Origin: Actinomycetota bacterium
GTDB taxonomy: Bacteria > Actinomycetota > UBA4738 > HRBIN12
Direction: 5' to 3'
Length of the DNA: 58,515 nucleotides
Assembly (NCBI GenBank): GCA_035701505.1
Contig: DASSSA010000054.1
Span: 1-58,515 of the forward strand
Shown here: piece by piece, positions 1 to 8,448 of the stretch
How the letters are laid out: every line of letters starts with the position of its first letter
Numbering within the stretch: the first letter of the stretch is position 1
Translations under genes and position numbers: made by a program
The notes under the pieces: model-generated
The model's database searches: none
What the model saw: only the letters and a program-made list of their open reading frames with translations
What the model was told of the DNA's origin: nothing

Positions 1-232
1 TGATGATGGGCACGTCGGACAACTTGCGGATGTCTCGAGCCAGGTCGCGCCCGTCGCCATCGGGAAGCATCACGTCGAGGAGGATCAGGTCCGGGAGCTG
101 GCGGTCGCACGCTTCGCGCGCGACCGCCAGCGTCGGCGCGACCTCAGGCGCGAACCCTTCGCGCTGGAGACTCTCGGCCAGGGGCTCAGCGATCGCTTGT
201 TCGTCCTCGACGACCAGGATGCGAGGCTTCAC
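1..232 (-). CDS. response regulator, receiver domain (5' part only; gene continues past left edge)
   Basis: Own minus-strand translation from GTG at 230-232: MKPRILVVEDEQAIAEPLAESLQREGFAPEVAPTLAVAREACDRQLPDLILLDVMLPDGDGRDLARDIRKLSDVPII. It has the acidic pocket VVEDE and the phospho-acceptor context LLDVMLPDGDG. It is absent from the ORF track because it runs off the window. Confidence 0.85.
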   Translation of the reverse strand, partial: MKPRILVVEDEQAIAEPLAESLQREGFAPEVAPTLAVAREACDRQLPDLILLDVMLPDGDGRDLARDIRKLSDVPII

Positions 233-274
233 GAGCGTGATGGTACCCCCGGGTTCTGGCACTACTCGGGCCAC

Positions 275-288
275 AGGGAACGTTCCCT
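275..288. promoter_or_regulatory. perfect 14-nt palindrome AGGGAACGTTCCCT in the divergent RR/HK control region
   Basis: Read directly; the sequence is self-complementary. It lies in the 143-bp gap between the RR start (232) and the HK start (376). A role as a protein-binding site is inferred only. Confidence 0.3.
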
Positions 289-375
289 CAGTTCGATCGG
301 CTTCGGATTTGGCGTTCTTGACCAGGGGCCCGGAATCGTCTCTAGTCTTGCGCGGGCCGTCGGGAGGGGGATCCC

Positions 376-1818
376 GTGTCCACAGCCACAACAGGGTTGA
401 CCCTGAGTCGCCACTTGTCCCGTCCACACCCTTGGCCAGATCCCCAACCCCTCCGGCTCAGGCTGTTCGAGTGGGGTCTCTCTCTGATAACGGCTGCCCT
501 CCTAACCCTTCTCATATTCGCGACGCGAAACTGGACTGGATCCGAGTTTTGGACCGTTGCGGGGTGGCTACCCCTCGTTGTGATATCAGATCTTCTACCG
601 GTGCCTGTTTGGGGAGGAGTGACGATAGCTCCATCCCTGCCCATCCTGCTCGCAGCAGCGATGCTGTTTCAGCCGGTTAACGTTGGGATGCTTGCTTTTG
701 TTGGCTCTACCGACCTTCGCGAGGCTCGAAGGCAGATTCGAATCGGGCACGCACTCTTTAACCGCAGTCAGATCGCCGTCAGCGTGATGACAGCCTCGTG
801 GGTCTTTCACTCACTGGGTGGAGACCTACGCGCGTGGCCTCGAGTGCTTTTTCTAGCCATTCTGGTCCTTGCTGTTGACATTCTAGTGAATTGGTCGTCA
901 ATCCTATTCGCTCGGCAAGTCGCAATGGGTGCTCCTTTGGGCGAAGAGGTCATAGGAATTCTTGGTGGACGGCCCGTTCCCTTCTTGTTGTCCTACATTT
1001 CCTTTGGGCTGGCTGCGGTTCTTCTCGCGGTCGTTTACCGGGTTGCCGGGAATTGGGCCCTTCTAGCGTTTATGATTCCTGTGCTCTTGGCGCGACAGGT
1101 CTTCGTTGAAAACTCACGCCTACTGGATATGCGTGAGGCGATTGTTGAGAAGAGTCGAGCCCTTCTCACTGTCGCGGGGAAGATTGCTGATGAGCGGCGA
1201 GAGGAGCGCCTTGCCGTGGCTGCCGGGCTTCACGATGAGTTGTTGCCCCCCTTGTACAAGGTCCACCTGATGGGACAAGTTCTTCGCCAGGACTTGGCAA
1301 TGGGCCGACTGCTGAATTTGGAAGACGATGTTCCCGAACTCCTGAGTGCGACTGAACAAGCCAGCGAAGCGACCCAGGGGCTGATTCGCGACTTGAGGCA
1401 TTCCCGTCTCGGACCGGACGGCTTGGTTGGAACAATTCACTCACTTGTTCGCGATGTGGAGACGGCTTTTCCGGGTCGGATCCAGCTGGAAATAGAAGAT
1501 GTGGGTGGATCGCCAATCGTCCAACTGCTCGCCTACCAGATCCTGCGTGAGGCGCTCAGGAATGCGGTCAGGCACGCTGATGCCAGCCTTATCCAAGTCT
1601 CACTATCACGAGAAGGTCCGGACATGCGGATTACAGTGGAGGATAACGGCCAAGGTTTCGACCCTGAATCCGTGGATGCCGACCGGCATTTTGGTCTCTT
1701 GCTCATTAGGGAGCGTGTTGAACTCGCTGGTGGCGTTCTGAATGTTCGTTCCCGAATTGGGGAAGGCACGAGGATCGTTGCCCGGCTTCCCTCAGAGACT
1801 TCCTCGGAAAACAACTAG
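376..1818 (+). CDS. sensor histidine kinase, HisKA_3 type, with polytopic N-terminal domain (HK1)
   Basis: 480-aa ORF with a hydrophobic multi-TM N-terminal half. H-box AAGLHDELLPPL. HATPase_c motifs EALRNAVRHA, VEDNGQGFD and GLLLIRERVELAGG..GEGTRIV. SD-like GGGAGGGGG sits 5 nt upstream of GTG 376. Confidence 0.85.
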   Translation: MSTATTGLTLSRHLSRPHPWPDPQPLRLRLFEWGLSLITAALLTLLIFATRNWTGSEFWTVAGWLPLVVISDLLPVPVWGGVTIAPSLPILLAAAMLFQPVNVGMLAFVGSTDLREARRQIRIGHALFNRSQIAVSVMTASWVFHSLGGDLRAWPRVLFLAILVLAVDILVNWSSILFARQVAMGAPLGEEVIGILGGRPVPFLLSYISFGLAAVLLAVVYRVAGNWALLAFMIPVLLARQVFVENSRLLDMREAIVEKSRALLTVAGKIADERREERLAVAAGLHDELLPPLYKVHLMGQVLRQDLAMGRLLNLEDDVPELLSATEQASEATQGLIRDLRHSRLGPDGLVGTIHSLVRDVETAFPGRIQLEIEDVGGSPIVQLLAYQILREALRNAVRHADASLIQVSLSREGPDMRITVEDNGQGFDPESVDADRHFGLLLIRERVELAGGVLNVRSRIGEGTRIVARLPSETSSENN

Positions 1819-1842
1819 ACCCCGATGATCATCGGGGTCTAG
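1815..1842. terminator. perfect 28-nt palindrome (14-bp stem potential) spanning the HK1 stop codon
   Basis: CTAGACCCCGATGA/TCATCGGGGTCTAG read directly. The HK1 TAG (1816-1818) lies in the stem. There is no U-tract. It sits between the convergent HK1 and the small minus-strand ORF ending at 1871. Confidence 0.5.
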
Positions 1843-1870
1843 TCAGAAGCTTACAGCCTTGTGGGCGTGC

Positions 1871-1954
1871 CTAAAGCCTCGCGTGCGCGCCACCGGCCAA
1901 CACTAGCGCGAGGAGCGAACCGGCAGCGAGTGCGAGCCGCCTCACGAGTTTCAT
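1871..1954 (-). CDS. 27-aa signal-peptide-like micro-ORF (possible small membrane peptide or truncated secreted-protein gene)
   Basis: Own translation: MKLVRRLALAAGSLLALVLAGGAHARL*. SD GGAGGGAGG ends 5 nt upstream of the ATG. It is below the ORF-track size cut-off. Confidence 0.3.
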   Translation of the reverse strand: MKLVRRLALAAGSLLALVLAGGAHARL

Positions 1955-2272
1955 GGCCACCTCCCTCCATCGCCCCGTTGGGCAATATGCCCATCTCCCC
2001 AGCTAGAGACTCACCCTTCCCAATCTGGGCGTCCCCGCTTGGGGGATATTGGGGTCACTATCGGGTGACCCCCGAACGGCCCACAAGCCGGGCGTTCTGC
2101 CTACACCATTCGCTGTAGGGCCGGACCAGATGGCCACTCTGGTCCTGGAGGGTGGTTCCAATCACAGCGCTCGAGCTTCATCATTGGCGTCGCGTTCGTG
2201 AGGGTCACCAGGAGGTACGCCACGTCCAGCTCGCGAGAGGCAGCGCCTCGTAGGCGGTCTCGGGTCGACCTC

Positions 2273-3742
2273 ATGACTTTTGAGGTAGGAGTGGTCGTGC
2301 CCACCCTCGTTGGTTTGGTTCTCCTGCTGGCGAGGGGGGCTGACGATCTTTCCGCCGGGAAGATCGTTCAGCTCGCTATTTGGGCGGCCATCATCGGATT
2401 GGTTGAGCTCCTCCCTATACCCATGTGGCGGGGGACAGTCATCAGCTTGGGGTTTCCGCTACTGATGGCAGTTGCTTTCATCTATGGGCCCGCCGAGAGC
2501 GGCATAGTCGCCCTCGTGGCGGCGTCGGATCCCAGGGAATTCAAGGGTGAAGTGGGCCCTCTCCGAGCACTCTTCAACCGATGCCAAGTCGCATTGTCAG
2601 TGCTTGCCGCGAGTGCCGTGTTCAATGAGTTTGGATCAATCGACCATTCGGGGACACTGGTGTTGGTCATGGCTGCGATGTCGGCGGCAGTGGTGGACTA
2701 CGTCGTGAACTGGAGCCTAGTCGCGCTCGGGGCAAGCATCCTTTACAGGATGTCCCCGACGACGGTGTTTCGACAGATGCGAGTAGGGGCAGGAAGGGAA
2801 TTCTTGATCAGTTATCTCGGTCTAGCTGTCTTCGGGTTGATCCTTGCGAAGCTCTTTGAGACCGTGGAGTTCTGGGTCGTCCCCGGATACGTGGCGCCGT
2901 TGCTGTTGGCCCGGCAGATGTTCTTCCGTAGTAAGGCGCTGGAGGAAGCCCAGAAGGAACTCCAAGATCGCGAGCAGGTCCTGAGGGCTCTTTCGACGAG
3001 GATGGCAGAGGAACGGCAGGACGAGCGGGCGCAGATCGCGGCGTACCTCCACGACGATCTGGCCCAACTCCTGTTCAAGCTCTCGCTCCAGGTCGACATC
3101 ACTAAGCGTCATCTCGCTGCCGGCAAGCTTGCCGAGGCGGAGAAGACGCTCGAGGAGATCAAAGACACCAAGGGGAAGACCTCGGACCGCATCCGGGTGC
3201 TGATCCGCGACCTGCACCGATCTCCCCTCGGCCGCGCCGGCCTGGAGGAGGCTCTTCACGGCTTCATCTCGGAGGTGGGTCGTGGTTCGGAGGTTCGGTT
3301 CCACACCGACATCTCGGAGGTCGCCCTGCCGGCTCCGATCGCGCTGCTCGTCTACCACATCGCTCGCGAGGGCGTGATGAACGCCCTCAAGCACGCGCAT
3401 GCGTCCAACATGTGGCTCACCGTCAAACAGCTCGGGGACAACGTCGAGCTCGTCCTGAAGGACGATGGCACCGGGTTCGACGCCGAAGCTCCGGGCCCTG
3501 AAGGACATTACGGCCTGACGATGATGCGCGAGCGGGCCACCGTCGGCGGCGGGACGTTCGACATGCAAACGGCGGTCGGCGAGGGGACCACGATCACGGT
3601 GACGTTCCCCACCTCGTGGCTGCAGCAGGAGGCGGCGCCGGCTCAGGAGCCGCAGCCGAGCCGGGCCGATGCTTCCCCCGGTATCGCCACCCCTGGGGAG
3701 GAGCTTGCTCCCCAGTCCGCCCTCGCATCACGGCCACGATGA
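2273..3742 (+). CDS. sensor histidine kinase, HisKA_3 type, paralog of HK1 (HK2)
   Basis: H-box AAYLHDDLAQLL. HATPase_c motifs EGVMNALKHA, KDDGTGFD and GLTMMRERATVGGG..GEGTTITV. The N-terminal TM region aligns with HK1 (ALFNRCQVALSV versus ALFNRSQIAVSV). The start is uncertain: GTG 2198, ATG 2273, or GTG 2297 with AGGA 6 nt upstream. Confidence 0.85.
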   Translation: MTFEVGVVVPTLVGLVLLLARGADDLSAGKIVQLAIWAAIIGLVELLPIPMWRGTVISLGFPLLMAVAFIYGPAESGIVALVAASDPREFKGEVGPLRALFNRCQVALSVLAASAVFNEFGSIDHSGTLVLVMAAMSAAVVDYVVNWSLVALGASILYRMSPTTVFRQMRVGAGREFLISYLGLAVFGLILAKLFETVEFWVVPGYVAPLLLARQMFFRSKALEEAQKELQDREQVLRALSTRMAEERQDERAQIAAYLHDDLAQLLFKLSLQVDITKRHLAAGKLAEAEKTLEEIKDTKGKTSDRIRVLIRDLHRSPLGRAGLEEALHGFISEVGRGSEVRFHTDISEVALPAPIALLVYHIAREGVMNALKHAHASNMWLTVKQLGDNVELVLKDDGTGFDAEAPGPEGHYGLTMMRERATVGGGTFDMQTAVGEGTTITVTFPTSWLQQEAAPAQEPQPSRADASPGIATPGEELAPQSALASRPR

Positions 3743-4250
3743 GCCAGGCCAGCCCGGCGTAGATGAACACGTCGCCGACGCTTGCCACCTGACCGACCGG
3801 TTGCGGGATGGGGATCACGTCGGCAAGCGGTGTTAGGCGATCCTCGGACGTCATGAGGTGGTGTTTGTCCACCTCGTCCGCGGTGAAATGCTTCAGCGCC
3901 GCCGTCTGACCCGACACCTCCAGCGCACGTTGGCTCATCGGCATCCCACCGTTGGCCGTAACCACCACCGCGTTCAGGGTGAGCCCCACCAAAAGCAGCG
4001 GCATCCCGGGCATCCTGATGTTGATGCCAGCGAAGAGCAGCAGGAGCGCGTAGGAAGCCCCCAGGACAGCCATCCTCACCAGGAAGTCCGTGCCGTGACG
4101 GGCGTCGGGGAGGTCGAGTGCCTGGAGCCCCAGCCCGATGGGCGCCAGCCACCAATGACGCAGGTGCAGCCGTTCGAAGCCGCGTAGCCGCCCTCCAACC
4201 AGGTACCCGGTCAATATCGACAGCAGGATGATGGAGACGAAGAGGATCAT
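3594..4250 (-). CDS. integral membrane protein, DUF5317-like
   Basis: Start taken at internal ATG (MILFVSIILLSILTGYLVGGRL...). It has several TM segments and the motif VVTANGGMPMS. The Pro/Ala-rich C-terminal tail overlaps the HK2 3' end. Confidence 0.6.
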   Translation of the reverse strand: MILFVSIILLSILTGYLVGGRLRGFERLHLRHWWLAPIGLGLQALDLPDARHGTDFLVRMAVLGASYALLLLFAGINIRMPGMPLLLVGLTLNAVVVTANGGMPMSQRALEVSGQTAALKHFTADEVDKHHLMTSEDRLTPLADVIPIPQPVGQVASVGDVFIYAGLAWLIVAVMRGRTGEQAPPQGWRYRGKHRPGSAAAPEPAPPPAAATRWGTSP

Positions 4251-4353
4251 GCCTAGTCCTGTGTGCAGGGGTGGCTGATTGTCCCCCGGACCACCCACCG
4301 CGTCCAGCCCCCGGCGTGGACGCGGCCCGGTAGCATCCCGCTCAGTGGCCCGG

Positions 4354-6009
4354 ATGGTGCCCTTTCCCATGGTTCCAACAGACAGCGCGGCCGAGCGCCG
4401 CCTGTACGAGGGATTCTTGCGACAGCTCGACGATCAATACGTCGTCTACCACAGCGTCGACTGGGTGCTGGCTGAGCGGGACGGTCCGATCGAGGGGGAG
4501 GCAGATTTCGTCATCGCCCACCCGGAAGATGGACTCCTGATCGTGGAAGCCAAGGGGGGCTCGCTTTCCTACGACGCGCACACCAAGCGGTGGAGCCAAT
4601 CCGGACGCTCGGGCAGGCACCTCCTCGACGAGGATCCGTTCCACCAGGCGGCGGACGAGATGCACTCGCTCGTGCAGATCCTCTCGGCCCAGCCCGGCTG
4701 GGAACGGTGGAAGCCGTCCTACGGATACGGGGTGGCCTTCCCCGACGTCGTCTACCACGAGCGGGCCCATCCAGCCGCCCCGACAGAGGTGGCCATCGAT
4801 CGCGACGATCTGGATCGGCTGACCCAGCGCGTTCCCGAGGTCATGCGGTACTGGCGCCGGGAAGGGCGCAGGTTCGGCTCGGAGGGGATGGATGCCCTGG
4901 CCACGGCCTTGGGATTCCGGGTGGAGGTTCGAACGCCTCTCGCCGTCCGGTTCGGCGAGGAGGACCGGAAGATCGTTGAGTTGACGAACGATCAGGCCTG
5001 GATCCTGAGCTTCGTGGCCCATCGCAAGCGGGCGGCCGTGACGGGTCCGGCCGGTGCAGGCAAGACGCTCCTTGCCATCCAGCTGTCAAAACGCCTTGCA
5101 GCAGAGGGTCATCGAACCCTGCTCACGTGCTTCAGCCGGCGTCTCGGCCAATACATGAGGGCATCCACCGAGGGAGTTGAAGGCCTCGACGTGGGCACGT
5201 TCCACGATGTCTGTGCCCGGATGGCTGAGGAGGCTGGACTCGCGGTCTCCGAACGCCCGGGCGAACCGGGCTCGGATCTCTTCGAGCGCGAGCTCCCCGA
5301 ACTGCTTGAACGCGCGGCCCGCATCCTCGGCCGCCAGTACGACGCCATCGTGGTGGACGAGGGCGAGGACTTTCCGGAGCGGTGGTGGCCGGCTCTCCTC
5401 GCCCTGCATCGGGATCCCGCCGAGGGGATGCTCTACCTGTTCGCCGACGACAACCAGAACCTCGACGGCGGGACCTTGCCTCTCGAGCCGGAGGTTCGCG
5501 TGCCTTCCCTCCCGGCCAACCTCCGGAACACCCAGGCCATCCACCAGTTCGTGTCGGTCTTCTACCGGGGCGAGGGCAAGCCGACGGCGAAGGGCCCCCC
5601 CGGACGGCCACCGCAGATCTTGGGGTATCGCGACGACGACGACCTGGCTCACCTCCTCGCGGCCGTGCTCGGCGACCTGGTGCGGGAAGAGAAGGTTCCG
5701 CTGGGCGACATCGTGGTGCTCACGCCGGCGGGCAAGGCGAAGAGCCGGCTGCGCAACCGTGGCACCGTGGACGGCTTCCGACTCTCCGACGAACCGGAGC
5801 CGGGATCGGTCCTGGCCACGAGCGTCCAAGGGTTCGAGGGTCTGGAACGTCCCGTCGTGATCCTGGCGGAGCTGGACGACAGGCCACGAGAGGATCTGGC
5901 CCGATACCTGTATGTCGGTGGCTCCCGTGCTCGCAACCATCTCGTCGTCCTGGCCGCCGAGCCGGTGGCGAAGGAACTCCGGCGGTTGGCGGGGGTCACC
6001 CGCCCCTGA
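4354..6009 (+). CDS. NERD-domain nuclease fused to SF1 (UvrD/AAA_30-like) helicase
   Basis: N-terminus has a PD-(D/E)xK pattern: GEADFVIAHPEDGLLIVEAKGG. Walker A GPAGAGKT, Walker B AIVVDEGED, C-terminal helicase motif YVGGSRARNHLVVL. Start taken at ATG 4354 (MVPFPMVPTD). Confidence 0.8.
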   Translation: MVPFPMVPTDSAAERRLYEGFLRQLDDQYVVYHSVDWVLAERDGPIEGEADFVIAHPEDGLLIVEAKGGSLSYDAHTKRWSQSGRSGRHLLDEDPFHQAADEMHSLVQILSAQPGWERWKPSYGYGVAFPDVVYHERAHPAAPTEVAIDRDDLDRLTQRVPEVMRYWRREGRRFGSEGMDALATALGFRVEVRTPLAVRFGEEDRKIVELTNDQAWILSFVAHRKRAAVTGPAGAGKTLLAIQLSKRLAAEGHRTLLTCFSRRLGQYMRASTEGVEGLDVGTFHDVCARMAEEAGLAVSERPGEPGSDLFERELPELLERAARILGRQYDAIVVDEGEDFPERWWPALLALHRDPAEGMLYLFADDNQNLDGGTLPLEPEVRVPSLPANLRNTQAIHQFVSVFYRGEGKPTAKGPPGRPPQILGYRDDDDLAHLLAAVLGDLVREEKVPLGDIVVLTPAGKAKSRLRNRGTVDGFRLSDEPEPGSVLATSVQGFEGLERPVVILAELDDRPREDLARYLYVGGSRARNHLVVLAAEPVAKELRRLAGVTRP

Positions 6010-6028
6010 GGGACCGTACATTGGGCGC

Positions 6029-6877
6029 ATGACTCGGGATGCCGGCTACTTCGGGCCCGACAGCGTCTCCTGGCAGGTCCATCGGGAGGTGACGGTGCTC
6101 TTTGGCGGCGCTCGCGCGGTCCTGATGCAGGCCGCGCACCCGCTGGTCATCGCCGGCGCGCGGGAGACCGGCTTCTACGAGCGGAACCCCTGGAAGCGGC
6201 TCCAGCGCACGCTGATGCTGACGTATGCCATCACGTTCGGGTCGAAGGCCGAGGCACACGCCGCGGCCGACCGGATCAACGAAGTCCACGGCCGGATCAA
6301 GGGAATCGATTCGGTGACCGGGCTTGCGTACGATGCCCTCGATCCGCAGTTGCTGTTGTGGGTCCACACGTGCCTGGTCGAAAGCGCCCTGCTGTTCGAA
6401 GCGCTCACAGTGGGCAGGCTCGACGACGCGGGCCGCCAGCGGTTCCACCAGGAGCAGATGCTGGCTGGGGAACTGGTGCGGATCCCGCGGGAAGTCATCC
6501 CTCCAACCTTCCCGGAGCTTCGGGCCTACATGCAGGGAGTGATCGAGAGCGGGATCCTCCGGTCGACGGAGTCGGCTCGCAGGGTCGCGCTGCTCTTCCA
6601 CGACCCGCCGAGGGAGGCCGAGTGGAGGCCGGTCCTCCGGGGCGTGTCGCGACTCGCGTTCGCCACGCTCCCGCCGGAGGTGCGCGAGATGTACGGCATC
6701 TCCATTGGGCAGGCGGCGCGCACGGCGGTGGCCGCGACGTTCGCGGCCATCCGCCTTCTGCGGCCGCTGCTCCCTCCGCGGTACCGATACATCGCGCCGT
6801 ATCAGGAATGGCGCCGGGCCCAGGCCAGGGATGTCGGGCACCCGGCTGCGCCGAGGTCGTCCGCGACGGCTGAATAG
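6029..6877 (+). CDS. MpaB/DUF2236-family oxygenase-like protein
   Basis: Start ATG 6029. Sequence GPDSVSWQVHREVTVLFGGARAVLMQAAHPLV is typical of the family as I recall it. Confidence 0.65.
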   Translation: MTRDAGYFGPDSVSWQVHREVTVLFGGARAVLMQAAHPLVIAGARETGFYERNPWKRLQRTLMLTYAITFGSKAEAHAAADRINEVHGRIKGIDSVTGLAYDALDPQLLLWVHTCLVESALLFEALTVGRLDDAGRQRFHQEQMLAGELVRIPREVIPPTFPELRAYMQGVIESGILRSTESARRVALLFHDPPREAEWRPVLRGVSRLAFATLPPEVREMYGISIGQAARTAVAATFAAIRLLRPLLPPRYRYIAPYQEWRRAQARDVGHPAAPRSSATAE

Positions 6878-6886
6878 ACTGCCGCG

Positions 6887-7663
6887 ATGGACGAGATCAA
6901 CGGCGTCCTGCTCGACATCGACGGCGTCCTGGTCATGTCGTGGGAGCAGATCCCCGGGGCGGCCCAGACGGTGGGGTGGCTGCGAGCACGAGGGATCCCC
7001 TTCCGGCTCATCACCAACACGACCTCGCACAGCCGCCACGAGCTGGCCAGGACCCTTCGGGATGCCGGCGTCGACGTCGCGGGGGATGACGTCGTGACAG
7101 CCGTGGTGATGACGGGCTCGTACCTTGGATCCCATCATCCCGGGGCGAAGGTGTTCCTGCTCTCGGACGGCGATCCGACGGACGACCTTCCAGAGGTGCA
7201 GCTGGTCGAGGACGGCGCCGACGTAGTGGTCATCGGAGGTGCGGGGACAGACTTCAGCTATGAGCGTCTGAACCGGGCCTTCGGGATGCTGATGGGCGGG
7301 GCGGCCCTCATCGGAATGCACCGCAACATGTACTGGCGGACGAAGGAAGGCCTACAGCTCGACGGCGGCGCGTTCATCGTGGGGTTGGAGGAGGCGACGG
7401 GCCGGAAGGCGGTGATATGCGGAAAGCCGTCTCCGACGTTCTTCCACGAAGCCGTGGCCATGGTGGGGACGCCGATCGAGCGGACGGCGATGGTCGGCGA
7501 CGACATCGTGAACGACGTGCTTGGTGCGCAGGCGGCCGGGCTCGTGGGGATCCTGGTCAGGACCGGGAAGTTCATGCCAACGGATCTGGAGCCGCCTTCG
7601 AACAAGCCCGATCACGTGATCGACTCCATCGCCGATCTCCCCGGGCTGTTTCGCCCTTCCTGA
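6887..7663 (+). CDS. HAD-superfamily hydrolase, subfamily IIA
   Basis: Motif I LLDIDGVLV, ITNTTS, GKPSP, and motif IV MVGDDIVNDVLGA. Confidence 0.8.
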   Translation: MDEINGVLLDIDGVLVMSWEQIPGAAQTVGWLRARGIPFRLITNTTSHSRHELARTLRDAGVDVAGDDVVTAVVMTGSYLGSHHPGAKVFLLSDGDPTDDLPEVQLVEDGADVVVIGGAGTDFSYERLNRAFGMLMGGAALIGMHRNMYWRTKEGLQLDGGAFIVGLEEATGRKAVICGKPSPTFFHEAVAMVGTPIERTAMVGDDIVNDVLGAQAAGLVGILVRTGKFMPTDLEPPSNKPDHVIDSIADLPGLFRPS

Positions 7664-7716
7664 ACGCCGGCCGTGAGCCTGTGGCCGTCCGCGTCCCGGC
7701 GTAGTCTCACCACCTG

Positions 7717-8448
7717 ATGGCATCCGAGCGCACCACTTTCGCCAGGCAACTCTTCGGCGCCATCGCGCCGCAGTACGACCGGATGGGGGTGGTCCTGTCG
7801 TTCGGGCAGGACCCTCGATGGCGGCGGTTCCTGGTCTCGAAGGTGAACGCCATCCCCGGGGCGTGGGTCCTGGACGTGGCCACCGGGACGGGGCTCGTCG
7901 CTCGGGAGCTGGCCGGGCGTCGCAACCTCCGCATCGTGGGGGTGGATCAGAGCGAACCCATGCTTCGGCGGGGGGTCCAGGCCCTGAAGGACGAGGGTCT
8001 GGAGGGCCACATCACGTTCGTCATGGGACAGGCCGAGCGGTTGCCGTTCACGGACGAGGCCTTCGACTCGGTGACCTTCACCTATCTGCTGCGCTACGTG
8101 GACGACCCACGGACCACGCTGGCCGAGCTGGCGCGGGTGCTTCGGCCGGGTGGCGTCCTTGCCGGGCTCGAGTTCCACGTCCCGCAGAACCCATATGCGC
8201 ACCTGGGTTGGAAGGTGTATACGCGCACCGTGATGCCCGCGGTGGGGTGGGTGGCATCGGACGCATGGCGTCGGACCGGCCGGTTCCTGGGCCCCAGCAT
8301 CGAGCGCTTCTACGAGCGATACCCCCTGCCGGTCCAGATCCGGATGTGGCAGGAGTCCGGGATCCACAGGGTTCGGAGCCGAGCCATGGGACTGGGGGCC
8401 GGCATGGTGATCTGGGGCGTGAAGCGCACGGCGGTGACCGGTGTCTGA
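7717..8448 (+). CDS. class I SAM-dependent methyltransferase (UbiE/MenG-like)
   Basis: YDRMGVVLSFGQDPRWRR, SAM motif VLDVATGTG, and LRPGGVLAGLEF. Confidence 0.8.
   Translation: MASERTTFARQLFGAIAPQYDRMGVVLSFGQDPRWRRFLVSKVNAIPGAWVLDVATGTGLVARELAGRRNLRIVGVDQSEPMLRRGVQALKDEGLEGHITFVMGQAERLPFTDEAFDSVTFTYLLRYVDDPRTTLAELARVLRPGGVLAGLEFHVPQNPYAHLGWKVYTRTVMPAVGWVASDAWRRTGRFLGPSIERFYERYPLPVQIRMWQESGIHRVRSRAMGLGAGMVIWGVKRTAVTGV

Noticed and set aside
3-680. 225-aa plus-strand ORF at the left edge, with nested ORFs at 197-400, 262-447 and 342-644
   Set aside because: It is Arg/Ser/Pro-rich low-complexity sequence. Its first 230 nt are antisense to a clean response-regulator receiver domain, and its 3' part overlaps the HK1 start in another frame. 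I treat it as a GC-driven shadow ORF.
2051-2145. Two 8-bp-stem hairpins (GGGGTCAC/GTGACCCC at 2051-2072; GGACCAGA/TCTGGTCC at 2123-2145) upstream of HK2
   Set aside because: Stems this short are expected by chance in several hundred bp of GC-rich DNA. There is no flanking U-tract or recognisable riboswitch core.
5996-7321. 441-aa minus-strand ORF
   Set aside because: It is antisense to the MpaB-family and HAD-IIA genes, which carry clear family motifs. The translation is Arg/Pro/Gly/Asp-rich with no motif.
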